From Candidatus Kaiserbacteria bacterium (lineage in GTDB: Bacteria > Patescibacteriota > Minisyncoccia > Phycocordibacterales > UBA918): 64,000 bases of DNA. The notes under the pieces are model-generated. The model did not search any database. It had not been told where the DNA came from and worked only from the letters and a program-made list of their open reading frames with translations. Of the stretch, positions 31,154-41,900 are shown one piece after another; the first letter of the stretch is position 1; every line of letters starts with the position of its first letter. Made by a program: the position numbers and the translations under genes. The stretch is from positions 283,386 through 347,385 of the forward strand of contig CP064968.1 in the NCBI GenBank assembly GCA_016699245.1, in the 5' to 3' direction.

Positions 31154-32353
31154 CTACGCTGAAAGCAAAATGTGTTCGCGAAGTTTTTTTGTAAAATTGA
31201 CGATGAAATAGAGGTTATGGAGTGATGCGAGATGGGGCCCAAGCATCTCATGTGCACGAAAAAGATGAGCGAGGTAGGCACGCGTGTAGTGGGTGCATAC
31301 GTAGCAATCGCAGCCCTCATCTGGCTTTCCTAAATCTGTTTGATATTGTGAATTTTTTAGTGAGATGCGCTTAATCCCCTCGTGTGTATGTGTATAGATA
31401 CTACCAGTGCGCCCTAGGCGTGTCGGTAATACGCAGTCAAACGTGTCGCACCCCATCTGGACACCATCTACAATGTCCGCAGGCTCACCAATACCCAAAA
31501 GATGTCGTGGTTTATTCTCGGGTAGAATATCATTCACCACCGCTAGTGCATCCCCGAGATCTTCTTTTGAAAATGAACCGCCAATGCCAAAACCATCAAA
31601 ATCCATAGCGGCAAGTGTACGAGCGCTTTCCTGTCGCAAATCTAAGTAGCGTCCACCTTGCACGACTCCATAAAGTCCTTGCTTCTGTAGTGCTTCATAA
31701 TTACGTTTATGCGCAAGGAGCGAGCGCTTGGCCCAACGGTGCGTGCGTTCCATTGCTTCTTGTTGATACTCTCGGGGTGCGGTGGGTGATGTACACTCAT
31801 CAAAGGCAACGATAATATCTGCACCAATACTATGCTGGATCTCAATTGAGCGCTCTGCAGTGAAGCGATGCATGCCACCATCAATATGTGACGTAAATGT
31901 CACTCCATCTTCATCAATGACACAGAGTTTCCCTTGACTCTCAGCAAGCTCTTCTGAATACACCGCAAGTCCTGCGTCTTCCGGTACCACAACATCTTCT
32001 TTTGCAAATTTTGTCACCCCTTTTCCAAAGGCTGCCCCAAGCGAAAACACCTGAAATCCCCCTGAGTCTGTCATGGTGGGTGTCTGCCAATTTGCAAACC
32101 TATTGAGCCCCCCTGCTCTCTCAATAATATCGGTTCCTGGCTGGAGGTAGAGATGGTAGGTGTTTGCAAGTGTTACTTGATTACCTACATATTCTTTCAA
32201 ATCTTCCCCCTTCACTGATTTCACACTTCCCTTTGTACCCACCACCACAAAAGCTGGTGTTTCAATATCACCATGGGGAGTACGAATAACGCCAGCCCGG
32301 GCACGTGTCCCCGACTGGCGCTTCACAATGTCAAAAGTAATAGGATTTGCCAT
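31154..32353 (-). CDS. tgt: Queuine tRNA-ribosyltransferase (tRNA-guanine transglycosylase).
   Basis: 399 aa. N-terminal TPHGDIETPAFVVVGTKGSVK, LGIGEPADIV, and the zinc site CDCYVCTHYTRAYLAHL. Confidence 0.92.
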   Translation of the reverse strand: MANPITFDIVKRQSGTRARAGVIRTPHGDIETPAFVVVGTKGSVKSVKGEDLKEYVGNQVTLANTYHLYLQPGTDIIERAGGLNRFANWQTPTMTDSGGFQVFSLGAAFGKGVTKFAKEDVVVPEDAGLAVYSEELAESQGKLCVIDEDGVTFTSHIDGGMHRFTAERSIEIQHSIGADIIVAFDECTSPTAPREYQQEAMERTHRWAKRSLLAHKRNYEALQKQGLYGVVQGGRYLDLRQESARTLAAMDFDGFGIGGSFSKEDLGDALAVVNDILPENKPRHLLGIGEPADIVDGVQMGCDTFDCVLPTRLGRTGSIYTHTHEGIKRISLKNSQYQTDLGKPDEGCDCYVCTHYTRAYLAHLFRAHEMLGPHLASLHNLYFIVNFTKKLREHILLSA

Positions 32354-32402
32354 TACACTTTCTTACACATAATGACGGACATCGGATGTCCGTCATTATG
32401 TG

Positions 32403-32948
32403 TTATTTGATTTCGAGGAGTTCTACGGCGAAGACGAGGGTTGCGTTTGGAGGGATGGCACCCACTTGCATGTTGCCGTATGCCATACTGCCAGGAATCA
32501 CCAAGATGCGCTGACCACCTACTTTCATACCAATAAGCCCCTTCTCCCACCCTTCAATTACCTTGCCATCACCTACGGTAAATATAAATGGTATTCCTCG
32601 GTCATATGAGGAATCAAACTTAACACCATCCTGAGTCGTACCGATGTAGTGCACGGTAACTGCATCACCTTCTTTTACAACAGCATCACCCGTACCTATG
32701 CGAACGTCGTCAGTAACCATCTCAACAAGAGTGCCCCCTGCTGAATGTGCATCCTTCAGTGCGTCTTCAAGTTCTACTGAATTCTTTTCTTCTTGACTTA
32801 CCGCTATCACCGCTCCTTGTGTAGCACCGTCTACCGCGTTATTAACCACAAAAACATCAGTCTGAAAACGCATGACGCCGAGAGCAAGCGCCATTACTCC
32901 GATACTAAAAAAAATTCCTATTGCTTCTGTTTTATTGAATGGATTCAT
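32403..32948 (-). CDS. FKBP-type peptidyl-prolyl cis-trans isomerase, membrane-anchored or secreted.
   Basis: N-terminal transmembrane/signal segment. The FKBP core is GDAVTVHYIGTTQDGVKFDSSYDRGIPFIFTVGDGKVIEGWEKGLIGMKVGGQRILVIPGSMAYG. Confidence 0.88.
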   Translation of the reverse strand: MNPFNKTEAIGIFFSIGVMALALGVMRFQTDVFVVNNAVDGATQGAVIAVSQEEKNSVELEDALKDAHSAGGTLVEMVTDDVRIGTGDAVVKEGDAVTVHYIGTTQDGVKFDSSYDRGIPFIFTVGDGKVIEGWEKGLIGMKVGGQRILVIPGSMAYGNMQVGAIPPNATLVFAVELLEIK

Positions 32949-33004
32949 AGATTACATTATTTATTCTTCACTATAATAGCGGTGTTCAGAAAACATGCAA
33001 GCAA

Positions 33005-34072
33005 CTACCGTGGTACCGTGATGGTACCGAAGGTAACGTCCACATGCGAATCGTTCCCTAGATTGCTTAAAATACGTTCACGGAGTCCACTTGCAGTCAT
33101 TTCATCTGCGTGGTGTGGTTGGCTTTCTGTATCAACACTTGAAAACGGCATCAGTGTGTATGTAATCTCTGCTTTGTCTATCTTCATGTGTACACCCAAC
33201 ATTTCTTGCACATTTTTACTAAAAAATTGATCGAATACAAAATTGCCCAGAGAGTAGAAAATGGGTTTATCTTTATAGAGTTCGACATCCTGCACAACAT
33301 GTGGATGATGTCCGATCACTACATCAATTCCCTCGTCAATAAGTGTTTTAGCAAGTTCTTCCTGAACGTCATTATGGATAAGTTCATACTCTTCACCCCA
33401 ATGCACGTATGCTACTTGTATATCACTTTGCTGATTCAATTCAGTAATGGATGCTCTGAGCGTATTTGAGGCTGGTGCGCCAAAGAGAGTGTGCACAAAA
33501 AGTATCCCAACGTGATGTGTTCCCACTTCTACTACTTTAATGCTTTTTTCGGTAAGTCCCTTTGGGTCACCACCGCAGATAAGTCCGTATTCTTCACAGA
33601 GCGTGCGTGTGTGCGTGAGTGACGCTTTCCCATAGTCGAGAGCATGATTATTCGCAAGTGAAAGTACGTCAAAACCAACCGTTTTTAAGTGTGCAAGGTA
33701 TACTGGTTCGACTGAGAACTGAAACGTATAATTTGGGGTTGGGTAATGCACCTTCGATACAACACCTTCGAAATTTCCTATGGTAGCATCGGGTGACGAA
33801 AGAGTGCTCTCGAGTGCTTCAAATGGATACCTCATGCCTGATTTCTTCATGCGAGATTCCACTGCGCGCGCAAGCATGATGTCACCCACAAAAAGTAAAG
33901 TCCCGGGTCTGGCCACTGGTGCAAATAATGGAAGCGTATCCTTCTCTTCTGCATTCGACATTTTGTTTTTCCACGTATCCTGCATAATGGAAGCACTTTC
34001 AACAAAAGGAGTTATCCCTGTTATAAAAACGAAGCACACAAATACAGTAATACAAAAAAATCGCGTTTTCAT
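33005..34072 (-). CDS. CapA/PGA_cap family metallophosphatase-like capsule biosynthesis protein.
   Basis: Signal peptide followed by LLFVGDIMLARAVE ... HWGEEYE ... VVIGHHPHVVQ, the PGA_cap family motifs. Confidence 0.75.
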   Translation of the reverse strand: MKTRFFCITVFVCFVFITGITPFVESASIMQDTWKNKMSNAEEKDTLPLFAPVARPGTLLFVGDIMLARAVESRMKKSGMRYPFEALESTLSSPDATIGNFEGVVSKVHYPTPNYTFQFSVEPVYLAHLKTVGFDVLSLANNHALDYGKASLTHTRTLCEEYGLICGGDPKGLTEKSIKVVEVGTHHVGILFVHTLFGAPASNTLRASITELNQQSDIQVAYVHWGEEYELIHNDVQEELAKTLIDEGIDVVIGHHPHVVQDVELYKDKPIFYSLGNFVFDQFFSKNVQEMLGVHMKIDKAEITYTLMPFSSVDTESQPHHADEMTASGLRERILSNLGNDSHVDVTFGTITVPR

Positions 34073-34079
34073 ATATCTC

Positions 34080-35168
34080 TTATGTTCCCTGCTGAGAAGT
34101 TTTTATGTGTGAGTGATAGATTTCGAGGAGCACGAGAAAAAGGCTCAAAATAACGGGGCCAAGAATAAAGCCAAGTGGTCCAAAGAACACAATTCCTCCG
34201 AGCACTGCAATAAGAATTAAAAATGGATGCATCTTGTTTCCCCTGCCCATTACATAGGGACCAAGGAGATTATCAATTAATCCCACTGCGAGTAGCCCCC
34301 AAATAGTAAGGAGGAGGGCTGGCAGTTGTGCCCCCATAATGAGAAGGTACGCCACTGCAGGAATAAACACAATCGCTGTACCCACCCCAGGCACCAAAGC
34401 ACCAATAGCTGCAACGCAGCCCCAGAGAATTGCTCTATCGAAGCCAAAGAGTGTAAGACCCACTGCAGTGAGTGTCCCTTGTACCATTGCAACAAGCACC
34501 GTTCCAAGAGCGACTGCACGTATCGCTCGGGCAAGACGCGCGATAATTTGCTCATCATAACTATCACGAAGCGGACTCAACTTGATAAGATATGTTGTGA
34601 AGTAGCGTCCATCGCGAAAAAAGTAAAATGCTGCAATCAGACTAATAAAAAACTGAAACACTGTCGCCGCTGTAGTTGTAAAAATGGTGACGAAATGATT
34701 GACAATAAATGTCGCTGCTTGCTGAATCATCATGGCGATGTTCAACGTGAAATTGGGTATCACCTTTTGCACTACTTGTTCAATAGATGCAATTGAATTA
34801 AAAAAACTGATATTGTCAGATGTACCTATGAGTGAATATACCGAAACTGCCTCGTGTAAAATAAGTGATGCAAGAATACCCAGGGGGAGCACAACCACCG
34901 TAAGCACAAATGCAAGAGAAATAAATGCAGCGAGCGTTTGGTTGCGTCGTGGGGTTTTAAGAATAATACGTTCATGAATGGGATAACACACAGTTACCAC
35001 AATAGCAGCAAGAGAAAGCGCTCCGACAAAAGGTACAAACAAACCCCATACAAGGTATGCACTCGCTCCTAAAATTCCAAAAAAGAAAATGTGTTCAACC
35101 AATTTTTGTGGTGTAATGCTCATAGGTATATTGTATAGTGAAAATATGTATGAATAAAGGCCAGACAT
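34080..35168 (-). CDS. AI-2E family transporter (PerM/UPF0118).
   Basis: 362 aa with about 8 transmembrane helices. Typical N-terminus with a short charged loop IHERIILKTPRR and a Gly-rich C-terminal transmembrane region. Confidence 0.7.
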   Translation of the reverse strand: MSGLYSYIFSLYNIPMSITPQKLVEHIFFFGILGASAYLVWGLFVPFVGALSLAAIVVTVCYPIHERIILKTPRRNQTLAAFISLAFVLTVVVLPLGILASLILHEAVSVYSLIGTSDNISFFNSIASIEQVVQKVIPNFTLNIAMMIQQAATFIVNHFVTIFTTTAATVFQFFISLIAAFYFFRDGRYFTTYLIKLSPLRDSYDEQIIARLARAIRAVALGTVLVAMVQGTLTAVGLTLFGFDRAILWGCVAAIGALVPGVGTAIVFIPAVAYLLIMGAQLPALLLTIWGLLAVGLIDNLLGPYVMGRGNKMHPFLILIAVLGGIVFFGPLGFILGPVILSLFLVLLEIYHSHIKTSQQGT

Positions 35169-35463
35169 GCTGTCTGGCCTTTTATCTAATACACAAAGCG
35201 TTGCTGTGATGCAGTTGCCGTGGCTTCGAGAAGTCCAAACGAAGCACTGAGAGCTGAATCTGCAGAACTAAACGTTTGCGAAAAAAGTGAGGAGATGTAC
35301 CAAAGAATGATAACAAATCCAATTGCTCTAAACATAGTGAATGCGCTGCGACATATACCGTATGGGACGAACATACGGCGCAAAATAAAGATGCATGACG
35401 CGAGCGAGAGCGGAAGAACTCTACATTTATACTATAACACGCTTCACAACAAAAGTACAGTGA

Positions 35464-36015
35464 TTAGTCGAGTAGTGCTTCAGCAGAGATTTTGAGATCT
35501 TCCGGTGCAAGCACTCCGCGGGTGTGTACGGTTATGACGCCATCTGTAGCATAAAAGACGGTTTCGGGCATTGCATATCCCCCTACCCCTTTGTAGAAAG
35601 TGTCGGCAGGGTCAACAAGGAAAATAATCTTAGAATCATCAATGCTATATGTCGCTAGATATGCACGGATGACCGCTTTATCCTCCATGCGATTAATAGC
35701 AAGAATCGTAAGTGCGTCACCCTTTGACTCTTTCAGAGTACTGAGTGCTTCGAGTTCTTCTTTAGAAAACGGCATCCATGTGGCCCAAGAATTGATGATA
35801 AGTGGTTTCCCTCTAAAATCAGAAAGTTTCACTGGATTACCGTCTAAGTCTGTGTATGACTGTTCCACTGGAGGTTCGATTGTTTTAAGGTCGTTATGAA
35901 GACCTGAAAATGGACTGAGTGGAGAGCGCAGTGCAAAGAGTACTGCTCCGCACATGAGCACTATTCCAATAAGTAGACCGAGACCAATCTTTTGTTTTAC
36001 TGTGAGGGTAATCAT
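35464..36015 (-). CDS. TlpA/redoxin-like thioredoxin-fold protein lacking the CxxC active site.
   Basis: N-terminal transmembrane helix. FRGKPLIINSWATWMPFSKEEL aligns to the redoxin motif LVNFWASWCGPC, with Cys replaced by M-P-F-S. Confidence 0.5.
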   Translation of the reverse strand: MITLTVKQKIGLGLLIGIVLMCGAVLFALRSPLSPFSGLHNDLKTIEPPVEQSYTDLDGNPVKLSDFRGKPLIINSWATWMPFSKEELEALSTLKESKGDALTILAINRMEDKAVIRAYLATYSIDDSKIIFLVDPADTFYKGVGGYAMPETVFYATDGVITVHTRGVLAPEDLKISAEALLD

Positions 36016-36017
36016 TC

Positions 36018-36503
36018 TTAGCCCTTCATGAAAAGTTCAAAGTTTTCAGGTGTCTCACCTTCTGCTGCGGGAATAAGATTCAATTCTACAGGGCGACCCT
36101 CGAAGGTTGCTTTAATCGTTGCATCTTTATGTGCGTCGAAGGTCACCATAAAACGTTGTGGTGTGACGGTCTGTGCGCACGTTTCAGCGTGATTCACAAC
36201 TTTGAAATTTACTATCACGGTTTCGGGCGATGATTCTTGAATAACAACATCTGAGTACTCGAGAAGGTCACAGGGGGTTGGCATGAGAATCTCCCCGGCG
36301 AGTGTATGTGTGGGTGCTATAAAGAAATGCTTTGCGTCGATGCGGGTAATATTGGCATACGGTCCTTCTCCTGGAATCTGTGTGCCTGGAGTTACCGAAG
36401 GCGCCTCAGCGATCTCACTTTTCTTAAGGTATGCAAAAACAAACATGCCAACGACCACGAGTGCAAGGATAATAAACGCTACGGTCATATGTCGGTGTTC
36501 CAT
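36018..36503 (-). CDS. Hypothetical membrane-anchored protein, 161 aa.
   Basis: N-terminal transmembrane helix followed by a Cys-containing soluble domain. Ends 3 nt before the next gene. Confidence 0.45.
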   Translation of the reverse strand: MEHRHMTVAFIILALVVVGMFVFAYLKKSEIAEAPSVTPGTQIPGEGPYANITRIDAKHFFIAPTHTLAGEILMPTPCDLLEYSDVVIQESSPETVIVNFKVVNHAETCAQTVTPQRFMVTFDAHKDATIKATFEGRPVELNLIPAAEGETPENFELFMKG

Positions 36504-36567
36504 AATACAAAATGCTTAGCGACTAATTTCGTTTATTATACCACTAAGTATGGGGTGTGTGTACATT

Positions 36568-37863
36568 TTATTCAACAGCAGCACTCGTAGTTACTGTTTC
36601 TTCTATCGTCACCTCGTAGTCTTGGTTTTGCTTGGTGGCATGGCTAATATAGAGCGTAATCGCAACAAAAATAGTAATAAGTGCAACTATCGAAATAAAG
36701 AACCACTTATAACTAAGCATAAAACGCCATATAGTAGTAATGACATCAAGTGACTCCTCTGCAGTAGTAAGTCGTGTACGCAGATCGAGGACGCCATCAC
36801 GAATTGGAGCTGCAACTGCATGATACGTATGAAGTGTTCGTGGAGTTTTATTTGAGAGACTTTCTTTCTTCGCTTCTTCGCGTTCTTTCTTGTCGACATC
36901 CACACCTGCAAGCATGAGCATGCGTCGCACATACGCCTTTACCATGAGCGTAATGAGTGTGATAAAAATGCCAAGAATAGTAAGTACGATAAGTGTCCAC
37001 TTAATAGGTATCACCCAAAAGTATGCCACGGCTGTCACATTTTTGATTTCATTTTCACCGTAGCCAAGAGTCGCTATAGCTTTATACCGTCCAATATCAG
37101 TCATTTTAAACTCACTTTTCCATGAGAAATTAAAATCACGAATAGTGCCGGGGAGTACATTGCCGTAGTGTGTCTGGTAATTCACAGGAATAGTACCTCG
37201 TTCAGTACCCCACATGTTGGTAATCTGAATATCTCCTTTTGGTTGAAGATGAACGTTGCCCTTGTTTTCAAAGCGAAGTGAAAACGTGGCGTCAGGCACA
37301 TCAAGAAACGCATCGAGAGCACGAAACTCACGGATAGTTGCAGCCTCATGCATATCTCCTTCTACCCGCATAAAAAGAAGTGACGTCACCACTTGTGAGG
37401 TGAGCACCGCAAGTTCATTGGTGTTTTTAGGTGGCTCCGTAGAAATTTGAATCGCAGCGTAGTGTCCGCCCGGTGAAGCATTCTCGGGCACCTCAACAAA
37501 AAATGACACGTCGGCAGTTTGTTCCGGGGGAATAACGTATGGACCTGAAGGGAGTGTAATCCACTCAGCAAGTGTAGCATTATCCCCACCAGCTTCACCA
37601 AGAGGTATGAATCTCCCCTGTCCTGCTTCACCCACGGCTTTAAAATTGAATAACTCAGCATACACCGTAAGCGGATAGGGATTTCCATTTACTACTTTCA
37701 CACTACTTTGCCAAATATCACCTGGGTTTATCGAAAGTTGAAAGAGCGGCGGTGTCACACTCATCACCTGTTTTTCTTGCGCATACGAAAACGATACACA
37801 GAGACAAAACAGAACAAGTGACAGGAAGACATACACACTATTTTTGTGAATTCGAGTCATCAT
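36568..37863 (-). CDS. Signal peptide, beta-rich ectodomain and C-terminal transmembrane anchor surface protein. Paralog family A. The architecture resembles CscA/DUF916-type anchors.
   Basis: Signal peptide ending at SYAQE with a VTPPLF motif. Transmembrane helix WTLIVLTILGIFITLITLMV, then a charged tail and a second C-terminal transmembrane helix. Confidence 0.5.
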   Translation of the reverse strand: MMTRIHKNSVYVFLSLVLFCLCVSFSYAQEKQVMSVTPPLFQLSINPGDIWQSSVKVVNGNPYPLTVYAELFNFKAVGEAGQGRFIPLGEAGGDNATLAEWITLPSGPYVIPPEQTADVSFFVEVPENASPGGHYAAIQISTEPPKNTNELAVLTSQVVTSLLFMRVEGDMHEAATIREFRALDAFLDVPDATFSLRFENKGNVHLQPKGDIQITNMWGTERGTIPVNYQTHYGNVLPGTIRDFNFSWKSEFKMTDIGRYKAIATLGYGENEIKNVTAVAYFWVIPIKWTLIVLTILGIFITLITLMVKAYVRRMLMLAGVDVDKKEREEAKKESLSNKTPRTLHTYHAVAAPIRDGVLDLRTRLTTAEESLDVITTIWRFMLSYKWFFISIVALITIFVAITLYISHATKQNQDYEVTIEETVTTSAAVE

Positions 37864-38921
37864 GGTGTTTTAGACGGATGTGTGAGATCGACATCATGAT
37901 GCTTTGGTTCACTTTGTGAGTCACGCACATGGACCGTAAGTCGCTCACTGTGGTCATCTAAATCGTCTTCACCAAAATATTTTTTGTGGACATACCAGGC
38001 AAGTACGGCTACAAGCAGGATACATCCAGCCAAAAATATCAAAAGTAGTTTAAGTGGGAAGACATAGAAAAAGGAAGTATCCTGAATCGATGCACGCTGT
38101 GTAGTTCCATATTCTACAGAGAGAAATGCCTTATACTTTCCGAATAATCCTTTCGTAGGCACTGCTCCCGTAAACGTATACTCACCCCCCGGACTAATGC
38201 TTACATTTTCATTATTTACAGGCATGGTACCCACTTCTTTTCCAGTGCTATCATAGAGAATGATTTCACCCTGTGGGACTAATACTTCATCTCCTGGGTT
38301 CGTAAAAGTAAACACAGCGGCTTGGTTGTCAACCTTGGTCACAAAGCGACTCACAATAAATTTTGAGAGTTTTAGAAACTCATTTGTATCATCAGCAATC
38401 GTGAGCGTCACAACAATGCCCGGTGCTTGGCCATTCACTACCTGTTTTTCAGCTTCATCGCGATTACCACCGTTACCAAAACCGATGAACGCATGATACG
38501 TACCGGGAACAGGATTGGGCGTTACACGAACGGTGAGTTTCACTGTCTTCGCTGCGCCAGATTGTAAATCAATACCGAGACGACTGATTTCAAGCCACGA
38601 AGCAAGCGAAGTAGTACGGTCGCTTTCTACGGGCGCAAGAAACTTATCAATCGTACCTCCCTCCTGTAGTGAGATATTGTTGACTGATGGATATATAGTG
38701 ACGGGTGCTGTACCTGTGTTGGTGATAGTAATTTCTTTTTCGACAATATCACGCGCCTCTGACTTGAGGTCGATGACCATAGGACTCACCGTGTACGATG
38801 TAGTTGCGTGTGCGTTTGCACCTCCGCACAAAAAGAGCATGGGTAATAAAAGTCGGAATATGAGTGCTTTAAAAGATTGGAACTGAAACATAGCGAATTC
38901 TTGATTCATATACTCCTGCAT
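37860..38921 (-). CDS. Same architecture as the protein at 36568..37863. Paralog family A.
   Basis: The start probably lies at a Met downstream of the giant-gene stop (38909 or 38891). Has a YTVSPMV motif, a C-terminal transmembrane helix LLLIFLAGCILLVAVLAWYV and an acidic/His tail. 4-nt overlap with the downstream gene. Confidence 0.5.
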   Translation of the reverse strand: MQEYMNQEFAMFQFQSFKALIFRLLLPMLFLCGGANAHATTSYTVSPMVIDLKSEARDIVEKEITITNTGTAPVTIYPSVNNISLQEGGTIDKFLAPVESDRTTSLASWLEISRLGIDLQSGAAKTVKLTVRVTPNPVPGTYHAFIGFGNGGNRDEAEKQVVNGQAPGIVVTLTIADDTNEFLKLSKFIVSRFVTKVDNQAAVFTFTNPGDEVLVPQGEIILYDSTGKEVGTMPVNNENVSISPGGEYTFTGAVPTKGLFGKYKAFLSVEYGTTQRASIQDTSFFYVFPLKLLLIFLAGCILLVAVLAWYVHKKYFGEDDLDDHSERLTVHVRDSQSEPKHHDVDLTHPSKTP

Positions 38922-41900
38922 CTTGTAATCCTCGAATCAAAATGCGGTATATCACATCGGTGGTCTCACCCGCGACTGGCTGTGAACTATATGATACCTC
39001 ATCAAGCGTTGAAGTGCTCACGCGAGCGAATGTATCAGGTGCCAAAAAGCGTGCTGTAGAAACTCCGTCTAGCGTATCATCACTTGTGTGATATCCAAAA
39101 CAGCTTGCAGCACTCACACTACAACCTGTAGTCCACGCTGCAGGTACTGCATTGGTGCTCGTAAGCGGCTTCATAGTAGCGCCCATTCCACTCGTGAGTT
39201 CGCTATCCATAACCATGAATATCTGATACCCCTCAGTGCCATTCGTATCAATAGTGAGTCTGTGTGCACCTTCTTTGATACCATCAGGAACAAGTTTACC
39301 AAATGGTAGTGTCGTGGGAGTGGTATTGATATCAAGTGTTATTCCTCCTTCTACAACGGTAGATGAAGCAATACCTTCCATGGTGAAGTCGAGACTGGCA
39401 CCCTCGGTCACGAGTGAGGGGTATGATTCACCTATATTTGTGGTCACCGGAATACCCTGCACTAAGTCAAAAAGCCTGAAGTAGTAGACGCGATTAACGC
39501 GTGGACCTGCTGACTTAAGTGTAAATTCGTATTCTGCAGCAGTATTACGGTTGTGGCGGAACCCAGTAAGTGGCAATGGCGAGAGGTTGTGAGTACCACA
39601 ACCATCTCCCACACTACTCACACACGAATCTGCATCAGAAAGTGTCTTGGTAGTGATCTTCACGTTATCTGCCCCATTACTGTCGTCATAGCACCATGTA
39701 GAGGAAGCGGTACAGGTCGATGATGCAGTGAGATCGAATGCAGTACTGAAATTAGGGGATTCAGAGTACTGCAGTTTAAAACGCACGTCGTCACGTGAGA
39801 TATTCTCTGTTTCCTTTACGGTCACACGAAGTTTCGTCGTGCTCCCGTTTACAAAGTCGATAGGTGCGGTATTTTCACTTGCAAGCGCGCTTACGGGAGT
39901 TTCGTTCAGAACATCATCATACCAACGCCAATTTTGTGTCTTTGGGGTAAAACTTGCAGTGCGAATTTGTGGGTAATTTGCATAGTTACCCATCAATGTC
40001 CCATTAGATTCCACGAGTCTGAAGCAATAGAATGTTTCAGCACTTGCACCATTTTGTTCAATAAGCCAATCATACTCGATATCATCACCCTCAGGGACTG
40101 CATACGCATTCACAGCACTATCATTCATCTCTTCAAAGGTACCCGCAACATCTGAAACACTCAGTACCGTTGTTGTTGGACTCCCCACGAGTTGTGTACC
40201 GTCCGCTAGATTGGTTGCATCAGCACCACGCCATATAGTACTTGAACTCATGTCGCCGAGTGTATTCCAATTGGTTTCATCTATTGCACTACATGTGGTA
40301 AGCATTTGTCCATATTGAAGTTTCCACGATTTAGTCTCAGCAGGAAATGTTGCATTTATGGCACGCACGGACATACGTATGCGAATTGTTTCAGCTTCTC
40401 CGAGAGGCTCATCTAATCCAGTAAGTGCTTCATTTTCGCCAAGCGCACTATCCCCTATAGGCCACGCATCGAGCGGCAGTAGCGCATTGTTGTCAACATA
40501 CAATCGATAATAATTTTGACGATAGGTAAGTCCGGCTGTTGGCCACTCGACTATAATCGTACGATACGCGAGTTGTGCACCCGTGTCAGAGCGCCACAAT
40601 TCATAGTGTGTCGATGAGGCGATGGTTGCTCCTGCTATCGGTCGAGGAAAGGATCCGTCTGTTCCCGCGACACGTGAATTTACAAAAATAGATGCATTAG
40701 TGATGTCAGTGAGTGTCTTACCTATAGGAACACTGAGGGTAAATGGTTCTGCACCGTTTAACGAATCCCCATTTGAGTAGGTCACATCCATGGCTCCCGC
40801 AGACGTCTGCATATTTTCGATAATCCATGCCACAGAGGTCTGATTTCCTGGTGTTGTCGCTCCTGTTTGCAGGAAGTATGAGACGTAGCCAATGCTTGAA
40901 AGCCACACTTCATGGCCAAATTCGTCAATTCCTGCAAGACCGCCCCCCACACGCTTCTGTGCGTGAAGCATAGTACGTGCGAGACTGTTAACTGCTGTAA
41001 TTGATTCTGTTTCTGTTGTACCCGCAGCACTATATGTATGCTCACTTCGTTGTATTGCCCAATTTAAACCAGTAAATTCTACAACTGCGTAACTCAACAC
41101 CACAGCATCACTACCCGCTTCACCACGAGTAAATGCTGCTTGATCACTTGCTGAAAGCCACTCAGATGTAGATTGCATAGTATTGTAATCAGCAGTTCCC
41201 GTATCTGGACTACCAACTCCGGTAATAAACACGACGACATCAGTATCATTACCAATATCGCTGATGACTGATGTGGTTGCTGTGAGGCTCGTTGTGGTAT
41301 ATGCAATAGTACCCTGACTTCGTACAATCATTTCATTATCTGCCCCTATAGAACCGATATATTCAACTATTTCCCACGACACTCTCGTGGTTGTCGCCGC
41401 TGCAGTTGCGGGACGCTGGATGGTAAACGATGTTGTAATATTTGATGGATCTAAAATATATGCTGTTACATCGTCTGCATTTTGATTACCACCCGCGGAA
41501 CTATCCCCAGCACCGGTATGGTGTGAATTCGTGATACGGACGAACGCACTTGTTGATGCAGATGGTGCAATGTAGTCAACACCGGCTACCAGAGTGATTG
41601 CATTTGTAGAAAAATTAACTGTTCCTCTTTGAATTTCAAAATCTCGTTCAGGAGAAGTAGTGAGTTCAGGATATATAGGATATGCATTGAGTGGTGTTCC
41701 TCCATTTGAGACACGGAAGCAATAGGTAATATCGTATCCCGCATCAACCGTGGGCTTCATAGAGAACTCAGCCTCAATAAATTGAATTGGGGAAAGAGTC
41801 GTTGTTGCAACTGTTGAGAGTAATTCCTTAACGGCGCTATTTGGGCTCACAAAATTTGTATTTTCATCAGTGACTGCACCTTCCGCAGATCCAAAAATAT

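Noticed and set aside
32353-32550. 65-aa minus ORF overlapping the FKBP gene end and the tgt start region.
   Set aside because: It is out of frame with both well-supported neighbours, and its Arg/Pro-rich translation is typical of an alternate-frame artefact.
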